33,127 nt of DNA from positions 168,089,783-168,122,909 of the forward strand of contig NC_068982.1 of the NCBI RefSeq assembly GCF_001194135.2, written 5' to 3'. The notes below the pieces were generated by a model, which was given only the letters and a program-made list of their open reading frames with translations, ran no database searches and was not told the origin of the DNA. This DNA comes from Octopus bimaculoides. Its lineage: Eukaryota. The translations under genes were made by a program, and so were the position numbers. This document shows positions 1 to 11,720 of the stretch, one piece after another; positions within the stretch are counted from its first letter, which is position 1; each line of letters starts with the position of its first letter.

Positions 1-1377
1 GTGGAAGATTTGCAAGTGATGTACAAGAATTATATATTAGAAAAAATGATAAGGTACTAAGATATCTGGAGGGTTGTACATTTACAGATGTTTATTAATA
101 TGTCACATGTTTTATAAATATCACCGCTTGCATCTATTCTTGTAGATTCTTCAGATATGATTTAACTTCAGAGGATTTGTCTCTTATAGTATTATTGAAT
201 TTGTAGGGGTGGAGAGAGATATATAGGATAGTAAAAGAGGGTGAGGAATGGGGGAAAAGTGAGAGAGAGTGCGTGTGTGTGAGTGTTTTTGTGTTGGTGT
301 GTGTGTGTGTGTGAGTGCGTGTGTGTGTGTGTGTGTGTATGTGTGAATGCCCGTGCGTGTGTGTGTGCTTGTGTATCTGAAAGTAGTGTCAATGGAAAAG
401 AGAAGGAAAGAAAGAAGGAAGACAGGTAGGGAGGAATTATGTTTACGTCTATACAGCTGGTTAGTTCTAAAAAGGAAGGAGACAAATATGAAAACCAGGT
501 TAACTAGGTCCAATTCTAGTTGGCACAAAAATGTCACACTATTATTATTATTCAGGTCACTGCCTGGTACCGAACTCGGAATCTTAAGGTTAGTAGCTCG
601 CACTACTTACATATTCCAAGATAATCAGTGCACAGCTCTAGCGTTCATATTGCTATGCCCGTGGGCATATGGCGTAGTGGTTAAGAGCGCGGGCTACTAA
701 CCCCAAGATTCCGAGTTCAATTCCAGGCAGTGACCTGAATAATTATAATAATAATAACATCGAGAAATGCCTGAGGAATGAGAACCCAGGTTCGAAATTT
801 CCCCAAGACACCTGATGAAGTTTGGAGGGTATATCAGCCGAAACGTTCTGTTAATGACAAACAAGATGAGGACAAATATCCGTCAATTGTAAATAATGTA
901 AATAATGTATATGATATATTAAAAGAAAATAATTTTTGGCCTCTGAAGCCCCCAAAAGTTTTATTTACAAACTGTGAACCAGGAGGAATAGGAGAGTCTT
1001 TGTGATTTACACAGATATATTATAGTCTTTTGATTTCAGTGATTATATACGCTGGATATACATTTGAGTAATTATACATTCGTCATAAGTTATTAATGTA
1101 TTAAACTTCCATAATTATGATGGTGGTTAAAATATTCTTTACCATTAAGTGGCTAACAACCGAAGTCTCTCCCATTATCATCTTTCTTACTACTCCCAAG
1201 TTCTCAACACAATAATTATACTCCTCCAAATAAATGTAAATAAATGTTACAACTTACAGATTCCAAGATAATCAGTCCACTGCTCTAGCGTTCATATTGC
1301 TATCTACGCCCACCAACCTGGGCCACTGGATTGACTATGCCCAAACAATTGAACAGAAATATATTATGCCATTTTAA
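1..1377 (+). CDS. Candidate 3' end of an unidentified host gene (exons 1-53, 146-202, 1260-1377)
   Basis: GT-AG introns 54-145 (AAG|gtacta...ttcttgtag) and 203-1259 (gtaggg...cttacag) join in phase to give VEDLQVMYKNYILEKMIRFFRYDLTSEDLSLIVLLNLFQDNQSTALAFILLSTPTNLGHWIDYAQTIEQKYIMPF*. No family recognised. Without the second splice the frame stops at 204-206. Confidence 0.3.
270..371. repeat. (GT)n compound microsatellite
   Basis: Direct reading of interrupted gt runs. Confidence 0.95.
541..606 (-). mobile_element. 5' fragment of a tRNA-derived SINE, inverted
   Basis: Reverse complement gtagtgcgagctactaaccttaagattccgagttcggtaccaggcagtgacctgaataataataat matches the head of the copy at 661-910. 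Confidence 0.85.
661..910 (+). mobile_element. tRNA-derived SINE
   Basis: A-box-like tggcgtagtggtt, B-box-like gagttcaattcc, internal (AAT)n, non-tRNA body and tandem taaataatgt tail. Confidence 0.8.
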
Positions 1378-2480
1378 AGACAAGTATTCTCTTATCGTTT
1401 AATACTGAAATTTTTCTAAAATATATAAAGGAATATATAAAATATGTGGGCTCCCTCGTCACTTCCTCGAAAGAGGGCTCAGCAACGACAAAAGAAAAGT
1501 AAATATATAAATAGACGACTATCATCCTATGGTTGCCTGTGTGCAAGTCAACAGTAAATACTTCCCAGTGGCCTCCTCTGTCTGTCCCTGTCACATCTTT
1601 TCCTATCCAAATAAACTTATGGAGAAAGTTGATGGTGTTGGTCCCGGTGTCTTGGTTTACTGAAAAAACTGCACAATGAATATTATTGTGGCATGGTTTG
1701 AGCTGAGTCAGTTCTACACTATCGTCCTTCAAACTTGTACTGGTCTGGTGCAAGAACTGCCGTGAGCCCATTAGTCATTAGGATCCATGGTTTCTATTGA
1801 GTTGTCTTCTCTTAGATAAACGGCTAAAGAGCTGAAGAGTCTAATTGGCACTGGGGCCTTTGGGGTGTCTGTAAGTCAAATTTTCTGGTGGTAATTCCGT
1901 TACAGGCTAATTAACCCATAGTTGGGCACCTGACAAGAGCTATTACACCAGTCCAGATTAGTACTAGGAGCAATTGTGGCTCAGTTTTTCCTCGTCTTGA
2001 AAACCCAAGGACTTGCAAATCAGGGCCCCAGTACCGGATGATGTTGAATTTCACACACATGATATGTGTGTGTGTGTGTATCCCATACCATACACACACA
2101 CACCCACACATACACGTGTACATATGTATCTGAACTTCTGCACGCGTGTATAAGATTGCATTAAACCTTTTATTGTGGAAGGCAGTTTTACATACTAATC
2201 TTTTGTTGAAAAATGTCATATTTGAAACTATTTTCGATGAGATATGTCAGGTCTATTGAGGTAACGTGACTCGTAGAAAACACCAATTCTATTTTTTCAG
2301 TAGACATTTATCACCATTACTAGAATAACTATGAAATAAATTTCGCAGTTAAAGTGTTTACAATAAAATACCAAAAGTAGTATTGAAAATATTTACATAA
2401 CAAAATTTAACCTAGATTATTTATAAAACCTTTTATGCAATTAAATGCTCAAGGCAGCAATTTTGGATTATTATCAGAGT

Positions 2481-2586
2481 GGTGGAAAAAAATCGCTTCG
2501 CAGCACTTCCTTATTTTCTGAGTTCAAACATCACCGATGTCAATTTTGCCTTTCATCCTTTCTGAGATGATAAAATATAATACAAG
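2481..2586 (-). mobile_element. Decayed SINE fragment (family with gatgaaaggcaaagtcgac core)
   Basis: ttctgagttcaaacatcaccgatgtcaattttgcctttcatcc is the reverse complement of the core seen at 18058-18236, 30825-30963 and 30995-31183. Confidence 0.7.
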
Positions 2587-2689
2587 GAAAGTGTTTAAGT
2601 CGATGATAAACTAACCTCCAGCCCTAAAACTTGCTGACTTTGTGTCTGTATCAGAAACAATCTGAATTCTAAAGGGTTCTTAATTGAAT

Positions 2690-2826
2690 ATGTGTGTGTG
2701 TAAGTGAGAGAGAGAGAGAGAACAGATAGGCAATAAAATGCTAGAGGGTCGATGAGATAGAAAAAGGAAAAGAGGGAGAGAGAGAAAGAGAGAGAGAGAA
2801 AGAGAGAGATAGAAAGAGAGACAAAG
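2690..2826. repeat. (GT)/(GA)n compound microsatellite
   Basis: Direct reading. Confidence 0.9.
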
Positions 2827-2896
2827 AGTGGGACTCCGGAAATAACATTGTCGAATAGCAAACGGCGAGAAATAAGATGAATGAATCAGATTTCAA

Positions 2897-2967
2897 ATGG
2901 AGGTGCAAAAGAATCAAAGATTAAAAGCAGCAGCAAAATATACAATAAGATTGGCCACGTCTAACAG
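2897..2967 (+). CDS. Candidate first coding exon (MEVQKNQRLKAAAKYTIRLATSN, phase 2)
   Basis: aaaATGG start, consensus donor CAG|gtaagt at 2968, ETS-like CCGGAAAT at 2836-2843. No convincing downstream exon found. Confidence 0.3.
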
Positions 2968-3868
2968 GTAAGTGAGCCTAATCAGTTATGTTTTTAACAT
3001 AGGCTCCAACAGTTTTATATTTATTTTGGCAACGATTCTCTACAATGTTTCAGAAAGTATTTTCAGCAGGCTTGGCATTTAACATTTGGCAAAGGATAAA
3101 GAATGTTTCAAAATAAGCATGACGACAGAATGTGATGCCATTTATTCTTTGAATTATTCTGCAGTGAATAGCCCAGTTCTTTCTATCGATGTGTAATCAG
3201 CATAACATTTACTGCACAATTCCAGACGGAATAGCTAGTGTATTGAAAGTAAAAATTGTAACACCTGATTACGATAGCAGACTTGCTTAACAAAAAGAAA
3301 ATGGAGAGAGCAGAGGAGAGAAAAATAGGAATAAAAGAAAACATCTTATAATATAACAATGAAGAAACCTGTTCCGATTCATTCAGCTTCTTATCTTTTA
3401 ATTCAATTGTTTGGTGGTATCTATTTATGAGTGAGCTGCTAAAAAGTTCCCTACGTCATTAACGATTACTGAACTGTTAGAAGAAAGATTCGTGCTAGTG
3501 CTAGAAATGACAAGATGCAGTTTTGACGGAGCGTTATGATAAATTAATTAGCATAATATTGGTTTTCGACATAGGCACAACGCCAACTTCCACCGAGGAA
3601 CGATATATTTCATTTAACAACTTTAGAATATTATTAGAAGTAATTTTATTGGCGTTGAGATAAAGAAAGATTAAGTCGAATTGGAAGTCGGTCCGGCACT
3701 CTGATATTATTTATATGAAATTCACAATCCAATCTAAGAATATTGCATTTAGTAAAGTGCTTGGTGCTTAACAGGCATTACACAACATCAAGTGATTCAA
3801 CTTTAAGAAAGTTGTCTAAAGGACTTAACCCTAAGACATGGCAGAGGCAATAATGTTAACTTCTTATT

Positions 3869-4078
3869 GTTAGCACGTCGGGGGAAATACTTAGTGGTAT
3901 TTTGTCTGCCGTTACGTTCTGAATTCAAATTCCGCCGAGCAGGATTTGCCTTTCATTCTTTCGGGGTCGATTAAGTAAAAATTACGCACAGGGGTCGATG
4001 TAATCGACTCAATCCCTTTGTCTGTCCTTGTTTGTCCCTTCTATGTTTAGCCCCCTGTGGGCAATACAAAAAAAAATA
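3869..4078 (-). mobile_element. SINE (same core family)
   Basis: gttagcacgtcgg...ttctgaattcaaattccgccgag...tttgcctttcattctttcggggtcgat...ggggtcgatgtaatcgac. Confidence 0.85.
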
Positions 4079-4099
4079 GTGCTAACTTCGTTTTGACTA

Positions 4100-4220
4100 A
4101 ATACGTGTGCGCATACTCACGCATACACACACATACACTCAAGCGCGCGCATACACACACGGATGTACACACATACACTCACACGCAAGTGCACACACAC
4201 AAACACAAATACATATATAT
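4100..4220. repeat. (CA)n-rich microsatellite
   Basis: Direct reading. Confidence 0.9.
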
Positions 4221-4221
4221 T

Positions 4222-5030
4222 CAGGGGTTGGACAAAATAATGGAAACACCTTAAAATTTCAAACAAATTTATTTTAATATGCGGTAGGACTGCATTTAGT
4301 AGTAATTACAGCTTGAATTCTACGAGATATTGCACACATACAAAGTTTGAATTGTTTCCAAAATGAATGTTTGTCCATTCTTCAGCTAAAACAGTCTCCA
4401 GTTCTTGTAGTGATGATGGTGGAGGATATCTACTCCGTATTTGTTTTCTAAAATGCACCATAAATGTTCAATAATATTCAGATCAGGGAACTGTGGTGGC
4501 CAGATAAGATGTTCAACTTCACTACAATGTTCCTTGTGCCATTCCGTAACAACTTTAGCTGTAAGACTGCGATTCCCTCCGAAAACAGTTACGCAACTAT
4601 AGGATGAATTTGATCAGATAAAATGCTTAAATAGTCTTGACTATTAATTCTGCAATGAAGGGAAACCATGGAGCCGGCGGATTTCCAAGATATAGCTCCC
4701 CACCAGATCAGATCATCACAGATCCTCCTCCATGTTTAACAATTAAAAGAAGGAAGTCGGAGTCAAGTGCCTCCTTTGGCTATCTCCACACGTATACTCG
4801 GTAGGCGGTCGGAAATAAGGTAAAGGATGACTCTAAACGTTTTGCAAAGTTTTTTTTCTGAAAGTAGTGGTTTTCTAATTGCAGCATTCCCGTGAAATCC
4901 AGCTTTGTGCAGCTCCCGGCGAATAGATTTTGTGGAAACAGTGTTCTCGAGGCAGTAATTTTGGGTGCTATACAATAATGTGATCCTTTCTCACAATTCG
5001 CGTAAGAATCCGATAGTCGCTATCTGAAAG
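4222..5030 (-). mobile_element. Tc1-like DNA transposon remnant with transposase pseudogene and one TIR
   Basis: TIR-like CAGGGGTTGGACAAAATAATGGAAACACC at 4222. Minus-strand peptides TVSTKSIRRELHKAGFHGNAAIRKPLLSEK, VKHGGGSV, WGAISW and WPPQFPDLNIIEHLW (Tc1 WPxQSPDLNxIE motif) across stops and frameshifts. Confidence 0.92.
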
Positions 5031-5303
5031 TCATGATTGTATATAAGCATATATACAGAAAGAATTTGTAGAGAATATTTGATAGGGGAAAGCGTGTATT
5101 ACTTGGTCAAAACTTCATCAGAAATCATATTTAACATACATTTAAGACTGGAGTGGAGGAAAAATAGTCGGTCATTCACATACAATTCTGTATAAATATT
5201 TAAACATGATTTCTAATGAAGTTTTGACTAAGCAATACACGCTTTCTCCTATCAGATACTGTCAACAAATTCTTTCTGTATAAATGCTTATATACAATCA
5301 TGA
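5031..5303. mobile_element. Hairpin/MITE-like inverted repeat
   Basis: Arms 5031-5134 and 5200-5303 (104 bp, about 10 mismatches by manual alignment) with a 65-bp spacer. Confidence 0.85.
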
Positions 5304-5590
5304 ATTTTGATGAACTTATAAATAATTATGAATTTATTTTACTACCTATTTTGCATACATTTATTTAAACTGTTTAAAGAGAAAGCCACTCTTAACATTG
5401 TCAAAACTGTATCACATATTTTAATACATTTATGTTAACCATTTTATGACACCACAAAGGTTACACAAGGCCTTACATTTTACTTCTGAAAATCTTTTTT
5501 TTAAAAAGTGAAATCGATCAAGTCAATAAACATCCTTAAAAAACGTCTGCATTTTCAAATCCCCTTCTCTCTCTCTCTCTCTCTCTATAT

Positions 5591-6422
5591 NNNNNNNNNN
5601 NNNNNNNNNNNNNNNNNNNNNNNNNNNNNNNNNNNNNNNNNNNNNNNNNNNNNNNNNNNNNNNNNNNNNNNNNNNNNNNNNNNNNNNNNNNNNNNNNNNN
5701 NNNNNNNNNNNNNNNNNNNNNNNNNNNNNNNNNNNNNNNNNNNNNNNNNNNNNNNNNNNNNNNNNNNNNNNNNNNNNNNNNNNNNNNNNNNNNNNNNNNN
5801 NNNNNNNNNNNNNNNNNNNNNNNNNNNNNNNNNNNNNNNNNNNNNNNNNNNNNNNNNNNNNNNNNNNNNNNNNNNNNNNNNNNNNNNNNNNNNNNNNNNN
5901 NNNNNNNNNNNNNNNNNNNNNNNNNNNNNNNNNNNNNNNNNNNNNNNNNNNNNNNNNNNNNNNNNNNNNNNNNNNNNNNNNNNNNNNNNNNNNNNNNNNN
6001 NNNNNNNNNNNNNNNNNNNNNNNNNNNNNNNNNNNNNNNNNNNNNNNNNNNNNNNNNNNNNNNNNNNNNNNNNNNNNNNNNNNNNNNNNNNNNNNNNNNN
6101 NNNNNNNNNNNNNNNNNNNNNNNNNNNNNNNNNNNNNNNNNNNNNNNNNNNNNNNNNNNNNNNNNNNNNNNNNNNNNNNNNNNNNNNNNNNNNNNNNNNN
6201 NNNNNNNNNNNNNNNNNNNNNNNNNNNNNNNNNNNNNNNNNNNNNNNNNNNNNNNNNNNNNNNNNNNNNNNNNNNNNNNNNNNNNNNNNNNNNNNNNNNN
6301 NNNNNNNNNNNNNNNNNNNNNNNNNNNNNNNNNNNNNNNNNNNNNNNNNNNNNNNNNNNNNNNNNNNNNNNNNNNNNNNNNNNNNNNNNNNNNNNNNNNN
6401 NNNNNNNNNNNNNNNNNNNNNN
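5591..6422. other. Assembly gap (N run)
   Basis: N bases, flanked by (CT)n on the left and (AAT)n on the right. Confidence 1.
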
Positions 6423-6426
6423 CATC

Positions 6427-6540
<114 letters not shown>

Positions 6541-6669
6541 AGATTTGTTAAACATGACACAGGCAACAATTTTTTTTTCAATTACATCTCTTAATGCACC
6601 GTTAGACACAAAACTTTTCTCTGGAGTCCTCTCGTTTTAACTAGGCTTCTATGAATTAATTGCAAACAT

Positions 6670-9010
6670 ACTAATAAGAATAATTTCTTTATTGATCATA
6701 AGTGCCGACAAAGTATCACAATACAAAGACAAAGAATTAGATATTTACACAAACACGTGATAACAATTATAGATAATTAAGATGGAAAATCACAACAGAA
6801 ATTCAACAAAGGAGAATACACCACCACGGGAGTGACCAAGGAAGTGCATTGATACGAAGTTACGTTGCCCGCTAGGATTACTAGAGAAAATGCTCGTTTC
6901 TTTATTCTTTTCAACCTACATGTGCATGCATAATGTAAATCTATTTACACTGACGATTGTTGCTACATTCACACACCATATTACAAGTGTATTGAGGAGG
7001 TAGAACCGCGCACTTCAACCTCATTTTTCTTTCCAAGGGGAACTTAAAAAGTCCTTGACACTTCGTTGGAGAAGCATGTGGCTATTTTCAGCTATTTGAG
7101 TCTCATTAACAACAAACCCTTTTTCATTATAGCTATCAGACAGAAGAAAACTATTTGTCCTTCACGGCCAAAGGAAGGCAACTGAACGATCTTCACAATA
7201 GAGACAGCTGATAAATGGGTGCAACCTACTCCTGATAGCAGCTTTTCTAGAGATCTTCACAAGTCAGCAATGCTCGAACATTGTACGGGCGTGTGGAAGA
7301 CGATTTCCTCCCTCAGGCAACTCATGTAGCTGCGTCTGACGATGCTACTATGCTTGTGTGTTTATCCCAAACGTGCAATATGATGATCTAGGTGATCAGA
7401 TGTTGCTTACCCATATCCACAGTGGGGCATACCTTAAATGCATTCATTAAATGTAGGTAGTAGCTGTCAGATAATTGGAGACAACTGAGCAGGTTGCGGG
7501 ATTTTTACACTCCCCTCTCCTAACAACTTACCCCATACAATTCAGACATGCGTACAAGATGGGTTTCTAGCCTTAGTTGCATTAAAGAGCGGGTCATTCT
7601 CAGGAATGTTCTCCAGACACCTGAAGAAATTTGGTTGTCCCACCCTAGTAGGGATGTGCACGTTAGCTAGTCTAAATGCACCACATTTGCTACCATTTCC
7701 AGTCAGGAACATTGATTTTCTCTCCACGTCCAGGAAGACTGACCGTATCTCAAGGACCAAGCCTTTACGAAAGAACACCCCCAACCAGCTTTCTATTTTG
7801 GGCCGAATAAGAAGTGTGGAGATTTCAAAGTTTCCATAAACCGGGTACTAAGGCGCATGAGTTGGAAATACTGAACTTACTGATGGCTATCACATCCAAA
7901 ATTAGTAAGCTGATATCTTTGAGCAGGTGACCCCGCTTCCAGAGTGGTCCCTGGGAACATGAATTCATACAGATCGCTCTTAGAGCTCTCATGTCGATTG
8001 AAAAGGTGGAAGGGGAAAAGAGATGTGTTATTTACCCATTTATTGGTTCCGAAGAACATGTGCCTCGTTCTCCGTGTATTTTGGAGGTCCTTTGGGAAAC
8101 CTCTAAAATTTCTATTGCTGGCCCTTGCACTAGGATTAGAACTTCTCATGTTATTGGAGAAACCTACCCTCATTGTTTTATATATCTCCAAGTACAGCTT
8201 TATTATTTTCAAATTTTGATGTAGTTTGAAATTGCTGGTGTTGAATATCACTCCGTCTGCTTCAATGTTTTTCTTTTGTATGATTAAAGACACTAGCTTT
8301 TGATTTGTGCTCCTTATCAACGCTAATTTTGGGGAATGCGTTTTGTTAATGTTGTGTTTGTATTCCATCTCCTGGTGGGGTCCGTTTGATATTTTCTTCT
8401 AAAATGGAAAATCATGTTCTCGAACTGTCTCATATCACATGCTCTATGCTTGCCCATATATGTTTGAGGGCTCTTACCACCTGGGGTGTACTACTGTTTC
8501 TTAGCTGACACACAGAGATACAGTACTGCTTTCGAGCAGTTGCTGCCAACAATTCAGCTTGGATCGCAACTTGGGCAACCATTGTGCTTACTTTCACGGT
8601 GCCGCCTGTGTCTCGTGTGTCACCTCTTTGTTTCACTAGAACGAGAAATATGTTGTCCAGTTCGTCGCCATGGCATCAAAAGATTGCCTGTCCATAGAGA
8701 CACAACCACCACATTTATTTTGTCGTCATTGCTGTAGTAGTTGTTGCTTTCGCGGTCATTGTTGTTATTGTTGTTGCTGCTATCGCTGCTTATGTTGTTT
8801 CTGCTGTTGTTTCAGATGTTACTATTGTTGCTTTCGCGGTCATTGTTGTTATTGTTGTTGCTATTGTCATTGTCAATCGTGTTTGTGTTTTCTTTGCTAA
8901 AAATGTTGCCTAACTATTGTTATAGTTGTCGTTACAATTACACTTGTTGTTGTTGTTCTGGTGCACGTATTGATTCTTTTAGGCACACTGGGCGGTTGTC
9001 GTATTAGAAG
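6670..9010 (-). mobile_element. L1/Tx1-like LINE remnant: ORF1 3' part, AP endonuclease, ORF2 C-terminus and 3' UTR, RT deleted
   Basis: Minus-strand APE peptides KRGHLLKDISLLILDVIAIS, LEIRSVFLDVE and GAFRLANVHIPTRVGQPNFFRCLE (7400-7945). C-terminal zinc-like CLREEIVFHTPVQCSSIADL near 7260-7330. 3' end aataaagaaatt near 6680. Q/T/N-rich ORF1-like tract at 8720-8960. The ORF1 boundary is approximate. Confidence 0.8.
8720..8960. repeat. (TGT/TGC)-rich low-complexity tract with a 37-bp direct duplication
   Basis: tgttgctttcgcggtcattgttgttattgttgttgct occurs near 8741 and near 8827. Confidence 0.9.
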
Positions 9011-11569
9011 GAAGAGCAGGATAATGTTCACTAATGAGATTGATAATAGAAAGTGTCATCTCATCTGCTAACTCGTCACTGAATCTGATAATTCCAGCAG
9101 AGAAGGAAAGCAGACGGAAGGAGGTGAAATAATACAAAAATTATGCGCTTTAAGGAGCAGTTTGACTCAGCCCTTTTTCTCACTATGAAGTCAGGTTTCT
9201 GATTTAAAGTTTTAATGAAAATTCACAGCAGTAAAGAAATTGTCTACAAAATTTAACAAGCATTCGACAGCGCACAAAAATTACGTCCATCACAAACGAT
9301 GATAATGATGATGATGATGAGAATTATTATTTCTAAAGACAGGTAAAATTTGTTGGTGTACAATTGATTGAATTAGCCTAAATGCTCTTCTAGTACTTAT
9401 AGACTTTATAGAGATGAAAAGGAGAGTCTAATGATTCGAACTCAAAACGTAAACTGAATATAATTCCAAATACTACGTGCGCCTCTTTACTAATTATAGC
9501 AATTTAACGCCATTTATACTCTATTATTTTGAGATGACGTTCTCTTAATGGAGTCGTATTTGGTATATAAATCGTAAGAAAACATTTATTTCTATTATGT
9601 ATATTGCATATAGGAAAGTAATGAATGATCATTTCATTGGAAGTAATCTCACTTGGAAATAATTGACAGACAGAATTGATAATAACTGCAGGATGCTGCC
9701 ATATGCATAGTCATTTATACAAGTAAACCTAAGCTATCAACGGCATGAGAACGTAACCTGGCTTCATTCTTCGTTATAGACATGTCACTTCACTGACATT
9801 ACTAATACACTTTAGAAATGCATTAATTTCACAACGTTTCATTTCACTTTTTATATACATCTGAAACATTGTGCCTAAACATTTCCTTTATACACTCTTC
9901 TGAATGTAATGGAAAATTAATATTTTGTTCAAGTTGTCAGAATGATACGACGTTCAGTCACTTAAATACCAATCTACGTTATGACACTGTTGTCTGTGTC
10001 TTATTAAAAGAAACGAATATATTATTTAATTACATAAGAAAACCATCCAGACATAGAATTAATTAATTCAATATACGAAAGTATATTTTTATTATTGCAA
10101 AATTATCTATTGTCAGAAAATTTTCCTCCTCGAATTTGCGGCTTTATCCCCAACATTATTCTATTGTAAAGTACTGCATATATTTTTGACACAAAAATAT
10201 GTATTCATATGTTGAAGACGTTAGCTAATTCTACTGCTACTCATAGCGATTAATGCTATTCACTTTGGTGATTGGTTATCAAACTCACAGCAGGAGCAGG
10301 CTATGAATTACTGATTGGCTACTAAAATCATTTCACGAAAACAATTTCATCGCCAAGAGAAATATGTGAAAATAAAAACTTTTGTAAAAGAAATCTAAAA
10401 ATACAATCCGTTTGTTGTCAGACTAGCTTCTTTAACAAGTTACTTTCTTTTTATTTATCTCAATAGTGAGTACTGTAGAGGAAGAATTAAACTTTCATTA
10501 ATCTATGCTCAGCCTGTGGGTTTCTGTTGCTGCATTGAATGTAATTCGCTTTACGTATACCATTAAGATAAATTAGATGGAGTTTAACACTCTTTCTCAG
10601 TTTCTTGTAGCAAATAACGGACATTGTGTTCTTGTGAACACAAAACAATGATTTATTATTTCCCAATTACAATTACTGACTAGATTCAAAGAATACCAAA
10701 CAAGCCAAGCCAAAAAATATGATTGTATTTTGTAACTTCAGCCATATTTTTTCTATGTCTAAGATCTGATAAGTAAATGCGGTATGGTGTTGCAGTCCCA
10801 CAATTTTATGCGTGAATGTTGTTGGTTATTTAGTAAGCACGATTTATTGAGTTAGATTGTACCTGAGATGTAGTGAGTACTGTACTATATTTATCTTTCA
10901 ATAACTACATGAACACGTTGTCTTCTGTTCTGCGCTTACAGTAAGGTTACATATCTCACTATCAGTATTACTACGTAGTCTGCTGTTTGACGTCTCATGA
11001 TCAAAAGTATTATTCAACCTGTATGTTTTGCTGACTTTGGAGTAAGGAAAGTGAGATGTGGCGTCCTTATCTATCCCCAAAACACGAGGAACGAATGCCG
11101 TAAGCATTTGTGTGTCTCAGGAAATTGAATTTACTTGCAGCCTCCAAAATCAGTAAAAATGTACATCATCGAAAAGTAATGTTTCAATGGTTTGGAAATA
11201 TGAGATATTAGCGTCCAAAAGTTATGAACACTAATGCCTTAATGAAAAGAATGAGTTCCCAACTGTCTAAGTCCTTCATTTCAATTACTGTATGGCATTA
11301 CATATGAGAAGGTAATCGATAGTACAATTTCGACTTCTGTTATCATGTTTGTATTATTTTTGATTTGTAGTAGATATGTGTAAGACAGGTCGATGTAGGA
11401 ATAAGATCATTCAGTCTTACTCGTGCAAGTTATATGAGCATATTCTTTGTGTAACCTTTGTAAAGATTGTAGAATATTAACTGATTGCTATTTCCAGCAG
11501 GGCAAGTGACTGCATAGTAGACGCCTTTATTAATTGCTTTGTCTAGAGTTAGGATTATAAGTAGAAACT

Positions 11570-11720
11570 CTAAGGCCATCGTTAATAAATGTTTTGCAGT
11601 AGTTCAGGTTTTAAATTCCAACTAAGTCAACTTTGGCTTTCAGTTATCTAGGGATGACAAAATATATGTCAGTAATGTACTAAGTCAACCGAGTCGTCCT
11701 TCCTAGTAAAGGTTGTTTTT
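11570..11720 (-). mobile_element. Old SINE fragment
   Basis: ggttttaaattccaactaagtcaactttggctttcag resembles the reverse-complemented core. Confidence 0.55.

Noticed and set aside
665-740. tRNA gene
   Set aside because: A/B-box-like head only; it continues into a SINE body with no acceptor stem closure.
1844-1864. Kinase glycine loop IGTGAFG
   Set aside because: Surrounded by stops, with no VAIK, HRD or DFG motifs.
8670-9007. Cys-rich and Leu-rich ORFs (metallothionein-like or membrane-like)
   Set aside because: Translations of a trinucleotide low-complexity tract on the antisense strand of the LINE.
10898-11107. 69-aa minus ORF with a donor at about 10940
   Set aside because: No recognisable motif and no in-phase neighbouring exon with good splice signals; ORFs of this length are common here.
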